Shown: positions 1-9,521 of the stretch, piece by piece | How positions within the stretch are numbered: the stretch's first letter is position 1 | Layout of the letters: the number at the start of each line of letters is the position of its first letter | NCBI GenBank assembly: GCA_051942245.1 | Contig: JAVECL010000237.1 | Coordinates: forward strand, 1-34,034 | Direction: 5' to 3' | DNA: 34,034 nt | From: Trypethelium eluteriae | Taxonomy: Eukaryota | Notes under the pieces: model-generated | Database searches by the model: none | What the model saw: the letters and a program-made list of their open reading frames with translations, nothing else | Told to the model about the DNA's origin: nothing | Translations under genes and position numbers: made by a program

Positions 1-142
1 GAGGGAGGGGATAAGGGAGATGAGGGAGAGGAGGGAGAAAGGGAAGGAGTAGGTGGTTGATGGGTTTCTTTTTTCTTTCTCCCTTTTCTCCTTCGTTTTT
101 TTTCTTTTCTTGAAAAAAAATAAAAATAGAAAAAGGGAGAGA
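1..142. repeat. Low-complexity purine tract (GAGG/GGGA) followed by pyrimidine and poly-A tracts
   Basis: 1-50 is almost entirely G/A, 65-111 is T/C-rich, 113-140 is A/G-rich. Confidence 0.7.
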
Positions 143-1169
143 CTTGAAAAAAACGGTAAGACAGATACAATGTGGCTTCAGAACTGACCTCATTGATATA
201 TGTCGATATGCATTGATGTTATTGCAACTCACGCTGCAAATCTCCTTCAAGAAGTTACTGCAATCTTTTCTGCTAACATTTGTGCCCTGGAATTTCCTTA
301 CTACCCGTTTGGGGCTCCTTCAATTGAGCAAATGGCTCTTGAGTTCTCACTGCGAAAGATCTGTTCGGACTGAGTCTCGAACAATCTTAATATATACAAC
401 CAAGAGTGAACGTCTTAGGGGGTCTGCTGCTGGAGCTGACCTCATTGGCCTTTATGCCCTTTACTTCTTTTCTTACTTGATTACTAGATGGGAGTGGCCT
501 TTAAGTAGTCTTGATATGCAATCTTAGAACGAGGCTTCAAAAGGAACATACTCTTTACTATTCGAGGTGACCTCATTAATCAAATGATTTCCCATCATCT
601 TGACAAAGAATATCTCCCCAAAGGCGATTTCCGGGTATTCCTGATTTGCAATCCAAATACGAGGGTTTTCCCAAAGTCACTTGATCTGACACTCGAGGTG
701 AGCTCGTTGATTTAGTCACCCTTTGTGCTTGTGAGCCCGGATCTTGCAGTGATTGTCGGAGATTAGCAGCCGATATGCAACGATGATGGAGGAGCTTGGA
801 GCGATCTGTAAGATTGACTCTAGCATTAGTATCCTGCTGCATCACACTCCTTGTGGGTCGCACGGCTCGCAGACTTCCCAACAGGCAACTTGGTCCCGCT
901 TTTGAGCAATTTCTTCCATATCACACAAAGCAAAGGCCACGTCCACAAGATCCACAACTGCAGAATATAAATCCAGTGCCAGACTGCGAATAAATTCTTG
1001 ATTCTTCACCCCCTCGATCATTGTGATCCATCCTCTTTACCCATTTCGCAAGCTCCTAGCTCTATAGGACAAAGCACTTGTAAACTTTCGATACTTTCAT
1101 TGATACACCTTTGACACTCTCGTTAGCCCTTTACTTTATCCTGCCTCTGGGTGATAGCCATCTGCCTTC

Positions 1170-4100
1170 ATGGCAGCAAGGGTATACCGCAGACTGCTCC
1201 CGGCCACAATGGCTGATCAATCGCGGTCCACTTTCGTCGTGGCAGGCCTGCAACTGAGCATAAGAGAGGAGAGTCACATCATCGCCTCTCCACAGAACAC
1301 TCCGCTACTACATCAGTACCCAGAGTGGTACACCTCAACATATCAACTGGGGCCAAACTCCGTAGTCTATCGCAACATCGAGAGTATACATCACAACTGG
1401 GGTTACTGGGAGTTTGCAGACCCAGATCACCAGGCGAAGGCGAAGACCCATGGTCTGGATTCGCCAGAGGAAGTCTTCTCAGCCACCATAAATGTTGTAA
1501 TGAGCAGCGTGCGACCCTTTCCGAGCGGCGTCACTTCAAAGTCCGGTCATCCTATTCAGTGGAATGACTTGGAGGCAATCAATTTGATCTGGATACCAGG
1601 ACGTCTTGATGGAACCAAAGGCCTGCAGAATGGACAGCTAGCATCTGCATACCGCCACATCAGGGAGATTCAGGCACGTCGCACTCGCCACAGCCTTCCA
1701 ACTATACGTATCCCTTATGAGAAGTACGTTTATGCTGGAACGTACTTTCGCTGGTACCTCGAGCCAGGTGCAGATCTCCAGTACATTCGTCAATGGATCA
1801 ATTCTACCCCTCTTCGATTCCTGAGCCTTGCACCTTCCACTGCGGAGTCTATCGTTGCAGGATTTCCGGAGTGGAAGGGTCGTTCCCTCTTTGGCAATTC
1901 CACGAACGCGATTTTTCTTCATGACTTGTACCTCCATGCAGCCGATCGCAGACTGAAGCCCAACAGTTTTCCAATGAACAGGCCACCGAGTCAAGATGGT
2001 CATAAGGCGGACACAGAAGACTTTACTTCGTACCATCCGGCCGTGGAGGATGTAACGGAAAAGGATTTCGAAAAAGTCTGTCTTGCTCTTAACCAAATAC
2101 GCAAAGGAGATTATGTCACGCGAGGGTGGGATAGGCCTCCTGTCATACTTGATGCTGATGGAAATGTCTTGCGAGATCCCGAAGGCAGTGGTGCAATGAT
2201 TCTTGATTATCCTCACTTGCCCATGCGGATTAGCAGCTGTCAGGGATGGTGGCAAAGGGAGACCTGGATGCGTCTTGATTGTCGCTTGGTGCCAGACGAC
2301 CTCACCATGCGTAAGCGGGGTGGAGGAAACAAACCCAGGAAGTCTGCACAAGATGACTTGTCTTTGACTAGGCCACAGAGACAGACAGGGTCGAGGACCG
2401 TGAAGCCGGCGCAAGCCAGGGATCGAGTAACCAAGCAAGCATCTTGCACTGGCCCTGTTATTGATCCTGCCGAGCAAGATGGCAAGATCATGGATGAAGT
2501 TACCGAGGCGCTCAAGCGCCATACTCAGAAAAAGCCTCGCCCCAAGAAGCACAGGCTGAACAGCGGCTCTCAATCACCTCCTCTCATCGAAAAGAGTCTG
2601 AGAGAAGATGAATCTGAAGGGTCATCAAGCAGCATGAAGCTTTTTAAGACGGCTGGCTTGCCGAACGGGACAGGAAGCGCTATGGCTGGCGACGCATCTC
2701 CAAATGCCGCGAGTGAGATAGGATGGAGTGTCCGACCAAGTCATTCCAACTCTTTATCTGGTCCAACGATTTTGGACACGTATCTGGCAGGGAATTCTAA
2801 AGGCGACATGTTCCACCCTTCCCAGTTAGGGTTGGCGCCTTCATTGATGTATCCTTCACTCAATACTACCGAAACCTTTGCGCCGACATACCGGACCCCT
2901 GAATACGAAGAGAACTATAGCGCGAGAAGGGATTTCGTACCTCAGTCCACCTCCACTATGCTCCACAATGCTGGTGGTATGTCGAGCAATGGCAGCAAGC
3001 CACCACATATCGGGACCGATGATTCAAGCGACGAACAACCAACGATTATCGCTCGAGCAAGATATGAGGATGATCAGCCATCGAAGATAGGAGGTACCCC
3101 ACTGGGTTATATGAAGACGCCTTCTTCTAGCTCGCGATGGACGCACGTGACTCGAACGAACTCTACTGCGAGTCCAGACCAAGGTCGGATACCGCTAGCA
3201 TACCAGCAATTTCCGGATCCGCACACGTATATGGGATATCAACAGCGACAAGATACGCTCTGGGCGCATTACAGGTCTGGAGTTGAGCCGCTGCTATCCA
3301 TTCCGTATGTACCTACGTCGAGCATCTCGGTATCTGACCCAGTTCGTCCGCCTTGGTCATTATCAGAGAATGACGCGCAGGACGTGCAATTCAATCAGCT
3401 GTACCAGCCCGGTTCATATGGCACATCCGAGAAGGAGCCGTCCCACAGTCTCGTGAATGTTGGCGAAGCTCAATCCAGAGGTCAAGCTCAGTTTAGACAC
3501 TTTGCCCCAACCAACACAATGGAGGGATCCTTGTGTGACGCTTCGGAGGAAAATCAGGGCAAAATGGATTACCCGGTCGAGGCACTCTTTGCTACTGAGA
3601 GGAACCCGGGTTCGAGTTCGGCGGCATTGATGAGACAGCAGGTACCAGCAACTGGTGCCAACATTACCGGCGCCAAGCAGCTCTCTGTCGGTATGCTTCC
3701 GGCTTCTGCTGCAGCAAGCTCGTCAGATAAAGGCGCGATGAGCAACTTTGTGCAGGAACGCTCTGGGATTTCCAAGGGTAACGGCACCTTCGTCTTCGAT
3801 GATGACATCGCCAAAATCCAGAAGTATTTGAAATCTGGTGCCCAAGCCGTCAACCCCTATATCAAAGACCCAGCGGATTCTTCGAGCAATTTTCCAGGTG
3901 AAAATCGGCACGGGCCGAATGCTTCGACACCTGCACTGGAGCTTAAGGAAGGCTCCGAGTCGAGCGAACAGGAGCCTCAAATTCGGAACAAGGACCTTTG
4001 GGAGCCAAGGGAAGAAAAGACCGAAGAGGACGAATCGAGCGTGGTCCAGATTACTGCTGCTACTACCGAAGCGCCTGGGGTCCCTACAGAGAACCCCACT

Positions 4101-4184
4101 CGTGTAGCCGACGAACGGGCTAGGGAGAGGAAGGCCATCGAGGCAGAGTCCCAAGCAGGCGAAGAACGCCGCTTTAGATTTTGA
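1170..4184 (+). CDS. Hypothetical protein, up to 1004 aa; globular-looking N-terminal ~380 aa, basic NLS-like patch, long S/P/Q/E-rich disordered C-terminus
   Basis: Uninterrupted 3015-nt ORF. The start may be the ATG at 1209. It contains KKPRPKKHR and an aromatic block LPMRISSCQGWWQRETWMRLDCRLVPDDLTMR. A possible in-frame intron lies at 2311-2388. Confidence 0.8.
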   Translation: MAARVYRRLLPATMADQSRSTFVVAGLQLSIREESHIIASPQNTPLLHQYPEWYTSTYQLGPNSVVYRNIESIHHNWGYWEFADPDHQAKAKTHGLDSPEEVFSATINVVMSSVRPFPSGVTSKSGHPIQWNDLEAINLIWIPGRLDGTKGLQNGQLASAYRHIREIQARRTRHSLPTIRIPYEKYVYAGTYFRWYLEPGADLQYIRQWINSTPLRFLSLAPSTAESIVAGFPEWKGRSLFGNSTNAIFLHDLYLHAADRRLKPNSFPMNRPPSQDGHKADTEDFTSYHPAVEDVTEKDFEKVCLALNQIRKGDYVTRGWDRPPVILDADGNVLRDPEGSGAMILDYPHLPMRISSCQGWWQRETWMRLDCRLVPDDLTMRKRGGGNKPRKSAQDDLSLTRPQRQTGSRTVKPAQARDRVTKQASCTGPVIDPAEQDGKIMDEVTEALKRHTQKKPRPKKHRLNSGSQSPPLIEKSLREDESEGSSSSMKLFKTAGLPNGTGSAMAGDASPNAASEIGWSVRPSHSNSLSGPTILDTYLAGNSKGDMFHPSQLGLAPSLMYPSLNTTETFAPTYRTPEYEENYSARRDFVPQSTSTMLHNAGGMSSNGSKPPHIGTDDSSDEQPTIIARARYEDDQPSKIGGTPLGYMKTPSSSSRWTHVTRTNSTASPDQGRIPLAYQQFPDPHTYMGYQQRQDTLWAHYRSGVEPLLSIPYVPTSSISVSDPVRPPWSLSENDAQDVQFNQLYQPGSYGTSEKEPSHSLVNVGEAQSRGQAQFRHFAPTNTMEGSLCDASEENQGKMDYPVEALFATERNPGSSSAALMRQQVPATGANITGAKQLSVGMLPASAAASSSDKGAMSNFVQERSGISKGNGTFVFDDDIAKIQKYLKSGAQAVNPYIKDPADSSSNFPGENRHGPNASTPALELKEGSESSEQEPQIRNKDLWEPREEKTEEDESSVVQITAATTEAPGVPTENPTRVADERARERKAIEAESQAGEERRFRF

Positions 4185-4272
4185 GAGCAGCAGCAGTGCC
4201 AACACCATCGCACCTTGATTATCTTTCTCTCGCTCTCTAGAATCCCACAGTATCAAGAAATTCCAAGCCACC

Positions 4273-4488
4273 ATGAAACTCGAGAAGCTGCCAAACGAGG
4301 TCCTGGAGCAGGTGTTCTCCCACTGCCCAGATGTGAGAGCGTTGCTCACTCTGGCGTACACCTACCGCCATCTCAAGGAGGTGGCATTCCGCCAGGGGGG
4401 TAGGCTGTTGGAGACGGCGCTCGACATGCATTATGGGCCTGTCCGCCTGCTCCTCCAGCTGACCAGTGTGCTCGTCACAGATTCTTAG
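4273..4488 (+). pseudogene. F-box-like N-terminal fragment (71 aa, probably truncated)
   Basis: MKLEKLPNEVLEQVFSHCPDVRALLTLAYTYRHLKEV fits the F-box pattern LxxLPxEVLxxVF; good start context (gccaccATG); in-frame TAG stops at 4486 and 4525. Confidence 0.5.
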
Positions 4489-4533
4489 CGAGGGTTCCGA
4501 GTCGAACACGACTCTGTGTGTAAATAGAAACTT

Positions 4534-5060
4534 AGGCCGCGCGATCTGCTGGCGACGGACCTTCCATGTCAGGATTCTCAGTTGGGGTTACGACGCTGAT
4601 CCTGTCAATCTTGAAATTTTTGGCAAGGTTTCGGCAAACAACATGGGTCATCACACAAAAAACCTTTATCTCGATCCAATGGAATTCCGAGAGAATTCCA
4701 AAGCCTTTGTTAGTACCAACATTCACAAGATACAATAAAGATAAGGAATCTGACTAAAGCTTTAGCATTGACCCATTATCTTTGTGGCACACAGTCTCAA
4801 GGGGCTAATATGCAAGATTATAAGTCTGGCGTGGATTTTATAATGTAGTGGGATACGTGCTTACCAAATCCACCATCCCTTAAACAATCCTCCACTCTGC
4901 AGGGGCTTTGATGAGTGAAGACAAAAATTCCAGGGATATTGCAGACGCCCTGTACGGTACAATCTTTATGGGAACGCCTCATCAAGGATCTGATTTCGCT
5001 ATCTGGGGGGAATTCCTCAGGCGATGGTTTTTTGAACAAGCAGGGCCGATATCACGATAG
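4534..5060 (+). pseudogene. Decayed SesB-like/DUF676-type alpha/beta hydrolase (lipase-like domain often N-terminal in fungal NLRs)
   Basis: Family motifs in the correct order: PRDLLATDLP (4537-4566), frameshift at 4567, VRILSWGYDAD (4568-), GT-AG intron 4709-4765, stop TGA 4769 then PIIFVAHSLKGLICK (4772-4816), decayed intron 4820-4883 (ATAAGT...TAA), then GTIFMGTPHQGSDFAIWG (4956-5009). Confidence 0.75.
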
Positions 5061-6983
5061 CCAGCCGTATAGCGATTCGAGACATCGGTTACGTTCCGTT
5101 CCCAGGCCCTTCCAACAAGGTGATCCGCCGTTCAGTTAACATGACACGACATTTTTCCAAGCTGTCGACCCTCTTGCATCCTGCATCCCGACAGCCTCTT
5201 GATTATCGCTATATCCAATTCGGGTACGGTGCTCGTTGTGTCGTGGTAGGTGGGCGGCGCATCACTTTCTTGGAAGAGTTTGAGGTCGGAATGTTCACGG
5301 TGCCTGGAAAAGCCATGAAATTATCCAAGCCCGGCATATTTACAGGACTTTCGAGATCGACGGGAAATGTGAGTGCGTGTGAGCTGAAAGCTTCGGGTTG
5401 AAGACTCTTGTAATGCTTTGTCAGGCATAACAATATATACCAAATCATAAGTTCGCTTAACATCACTCCTGATATTAGACTCCTTGCAACTGGACTTGGG
5501 CACTGAAATATAGGTTCAGGGTCGGTACAGCTCGCTGCGCAAATTCATACTAACAGTGGGTCATCTGATTGATTGTAGAGAGTACGTACGGTTCTGCGGA
5601 AGCTATAAGTGCTGTGGTAGCGTAGCAGGTGTCGGTAGATACATATCGAGGACGCTCCAGGCGACGTTCTGCTGAATTTTTCAATCCCTCCGGTCCGTCC
5701 ATCTTGGCCTGGTACTCGTGGAAATATAGATGAGATGTGCCAGGTAGAAGTGTAATCTCAAGGTCTGGACTCATCCCACTCTTAACGTGCCAGAAGACTT
5801 AGTCAAAATTGTACGATTTCCGTGAGGGTGCGCTTCAGTCGTCCGGCTGAACGAAGGCCGTCACGTGCCATATAGGGCTGCGTTCCACGCCGGCTGCTTG
5901 ACCTCGATTGAGAGCCAATGGCCATTTCTCTTTCTTTTTCGTTCTCTACTCCAGGATATACAAATTTTATAATTTCAAGCGATAAAGTCTGTTCAGAACC
6001 CGAAGGACCTTCCATTTGGCCTTCGACAAAAGCTCAAGAAGGTAGATGAAAACTGTCAGATACAGCACAGATATCACAATATTTGTGAGGTTCACCATCC
6101 GAATGCAAAGCTCTGATGAGCTTGTGAGGGCAGCCCAGAGTCAAGCGTTGTAAGAAGTCCATGGGGAGCCTAGCCCCGATCGATTCGGGTTGAGACTGAG
6201 ACCGAAGTATCGGAATCTTTGAAGATGCGCGTTGTTGCCCTCCTGCTGATTTTGGGACTGTTACATCCTCGCGCATACAGGAAGCGTCTGCCGTCTCGAC
6301 ATCAATAACGAGTCTGATATACTTTGCATCCAAACTTCTGCTTTGCACCAGACTCATGGAGCTCGTGATGCGCAGTGAGGGTGAGGTGGATGCTATACAT
6401 CTCTCAGCAGATGCTGAGCAACGTGAATGTGGAGATAAAGCTCACATGCAAGTGGCTGATCGCGAACTTTTGTTGTGATGTCCTTTGATATGAAAGAATG
6501 CTAAGCAATGGCACTCCCCAGAAACATGTCCAAAAGAGCGCAAGAACAGGGTTCGTTCCAGCGAAAGAGTAATTGAGGCTAAAGCACACTTGCAGGAGCT
6601 ATTATAAAGCGAAGAAGCATTCTTGGGTCACAATTCCACGCTTATCGTTGCATGGTGGGGGCTGTGTTGATGGAGCATGCGGCCAAGCTTCTGAAAGACC
6701 CCCCTTTGCGGAGAAGACTGGAGAAGGCAGTACCTGATGATAATTTTGCACCTTTCACAGCATATCCTGGCGCGCGTAGCGACAGTCTCACCAGAGCCCC
6801 ATTGATCCTTATTGCTGTTTCGAATTTCTAAGTGGCAAAAAAGGTGAAAAATAGCGCAGAGATGTTACAGCTATCTTTTGGATATCGTAAAAGAATGATG
6901 GACAATACTTCGCCTTGAAGTGATGCAGACGCCAAGGACCGTCCTCACACATGGTACACTGCCTACTCATCATTATTCACTGC

Positions 6984-8502
6984 TCAAAAGCGTTCATCGC
7001 CGCTATTCGCCTCCTTCCCGAGCTCCCTGTGTATTTCCATTTCGAAAGAAGTCGTTCTCATCACGTCTTCAGCCTTCGATGTAGCCAGCGCAGTAGCTTC
7101 CTTGCCAACTTCACTAATCGACCCCAGTGTTGAGACGGGAGATTCGGGCTGTGGTGTAGACTGAGGATTCCAGATTGGTAGCTGCATATTGCTGCCGGCG
7201 TCCTGGTTACGTCGACGGAAAAGGCGCATGTACCAAGCCTTGGCTTTGTGAGGCGTTGCGGAGGCTGCACGCCCCAACTTGAAAGTTGACGTGTTGATGC
7301 TATCGAACTTGATTAGCTTTGTAAAAAATAATTTAGAATAGGTGCTGCTCACGTCGAGATCGTCGCGGTAGCCCGGCTCCCAGACCACTTCTCCTTTACA
7401 TACGCCTTCGCCCGACTCCCAAACGAGGAGCTGCTCCCCTGTGACGTCGAGCTCCGTCCTTCCTTCAGCCTAGGGAAAACCTTTCCCAGACCGATGGCTA
7501 CCAATGCCGTCCGATACATGCTCGTCGCTTCCTTCCCGACTCCGAAGAACGCGAAGACGGAAATCCCTGTCGCGATGCGGATCCAATGGTCGATGAGAAC
7601 GACACCATAGCTTGGTACCATCAAGATCTCATTCCACGCTTCCGGGTCATGGACTAATTTCCAAGAATACGGGATATGGGTGACGATGATATTCTTGTAG
7701 AAGAGATAGATGGTGAGGATGAGGAAGGCTAGACCAAGGGAGAGTGCCATTAGAAAGAGCCGGAGAAAGCGGGATCTGTTGGTGTTGGAGGCAGTGAGGA
7801 GGGAGGAGAACTGGGTACGGTAGCGGTGGATGCGGTAGATTACGAGGCCTGGAGGTGCAAATTCCTGGTTAGTATTGGATCTCTGACATGACAATTTGCG
7901 TCAGGTTATTCGCATAAGGAAGATCAATATTTACCGGAATAGTAGACATCCACGAGCGCAAAAAGCGGAGGCCACATCTGCACCAGCACAACGGCAGGCC
8001 AAGAATTATCAATCATGATCGTGCACCCATTGAGTCCAAAAACCGCGTACCGGGCGGGCTGTACCACATAATGGGCGAACATCAACAACACCGGTAGCCC
8101 CCAACACATGATCAGCTCTCCTATCATCCTCTTCTTCTCCTCACCGCTGCTTCGTCCCATCGTGGCGTTATCTGTATCGAGCACCTTCGCTAACTCTCTC
8201 ATGATGCAAATGAGTGCTCCCGTTTGGCCAATTTGGGCGCCGATGAACAGCTTGACTTCGATATCGCAGAGGATGGTGCCAGAGAACCAATTGCTGACAT
8301 TGTCATTAGGCCAGATAAGGGCGTTGATAAGGTCGGACAGGTTCATGAGGAGGATCCAGAGAATGAGGCTGCTAGCTGCAATATTGCGAGCGCGGGCATG
8401 GAAGATGAATGGAGGGAGGTCGATGAGGAGATTGAGGAGAGAGAAGAATGCGAGGATGATGGCGGCGGTGTAGACTGGGGAAGTGAGGACTGTATTCTCC
8501 AT
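6984..8502 (-). CDS. STE3: STE3-family (a-factor/lipopeptide pheromone) GPCR, ~459 aa; exons 8502-7935, 7848-7353, 7299-6984
   Basis: Multiple hydrophobic segments; STE3-type motifs NALIWP, CDIEVKL, HYVVQPARY, WPP, RSRFLRL and FAFFGVG. Two GT-AG introns with TACTAAC and GCTAAT branch sites join to 1380 nt in frame. Confidence 0.93.
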
Positions 8503-8759
8503 GGTATGCTGGTAAGGAAGGGATGGTCTTGTAAAGATTTGAAGGTTTTTTGGAAGGCAGATTCTTGAGATGGTCTCCGAAAGGAGCAAAGGAGTTGAGT
8601 CAGAGCTTGAACGAGAGGGGGAAATTGCTCGAATTATTCAGACCGATAGAGGAAGTAAAGGAGCCAAAAAGTAGCAAGTAGAAGATCAGGAAGTACTAAA
8701 GCATTGAAGAATTGACAGAAGGACCTTTTTGTGATAGGGGCTTTTGGAGAATAGTCTTC

Positions 8760-8979
8760 ATCAATAGTCCAGATGTAGTTCTCAATAGCGGTATAATACT
8801 TCACAAGTCTGCTTACCAAACAAAATGGGCGTACAACAAATATTCTATTGAGAAACTGCATGTCTTGCTTGAATACGCGGTGAATTGGCAAAAACCCCAT
8901 GATGGAGGTGCATCTGAGACCTGTGTGATACACGCTCTTATCCATTTCTGGGGCTCAATAGGAGAGTCATAGTCAATAA
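8760..8979. promoter_or_regulatory. Cluster of MAT1-1-1 (alpha-box)-type binding sites CTATTGAG upstream of STE3
   Basis: Perfect copies: CTCAATAG 8781-8788, CTATTGAG 8845-8852, CTCAATAG 8954-8961. Near copies: ATCAATAG 8760-8767 and GTCAATAA 8972-8979. Confidence 0.75.
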
Positions 8980-9521
8980 GAAATCACCATACACCCAAGC
9001 CAAGGAAACCATTTGGAACTTTACGAGATACTTGCACGCTAAGCCTCGACTCATCCATGCATTTTCATCTTTTTGTGACCAACCTTGACCTTGTGCGCAG
9101 GGGTGGCGTGTGGAGGTGATCGAGGAACTGAAGTCGTCTTTGGCTGGTCCTGGCCACTACTGTACATCTCCAGCTGATTCCGGACTTTCCTATCAACATC
9201 ATGCGTATTGCTGGATAGCGACCGAAAACCTCAATAAAGCCAGCGATCAGGATGACTGGTAACAAACCCATTGGGATTGGAGGGAGCGGTGCGAGATTGA
9301 CGCGAGGTGACGTCGGCCTTCACGCAGCTTTTGCCGAGCCTCGCTCGCACGCCTCGGCGCGCGCCTCTCTCGCGGCTGGACTGTCATCACCAGCGCTTGC
9401 AATCCTCTCTTACTTCTGGCCAAGTCGTACCTGCAGCAGAGCACGCGACAATCGACTTCAACATTGACCATGAGCCCGGAAACGAGATATCCCACTGCTT
9501 GCTTACAACCGCACTGGCGCG

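Noticed and set aside
77..140. Imperfect inverted repeat TCTCCCTTTTCT / AGAAAAAGGGAGA
   Set aside because: Expected from adjacent pyrimidine and purine low-complexity tracts; no transposon context.
1638..2573. 311-aa minus-strand ORF
   Set aside because: Antisense shadow of the 1004-aa ORF, with no recognisable motif.
5400..9520. Search for a CAAX-ending pheromone precursor beside STE3
   Set aside because: None of the listed ORFs ends in a convincing CAAX motif; very short ORFs were not checked exhaustively.
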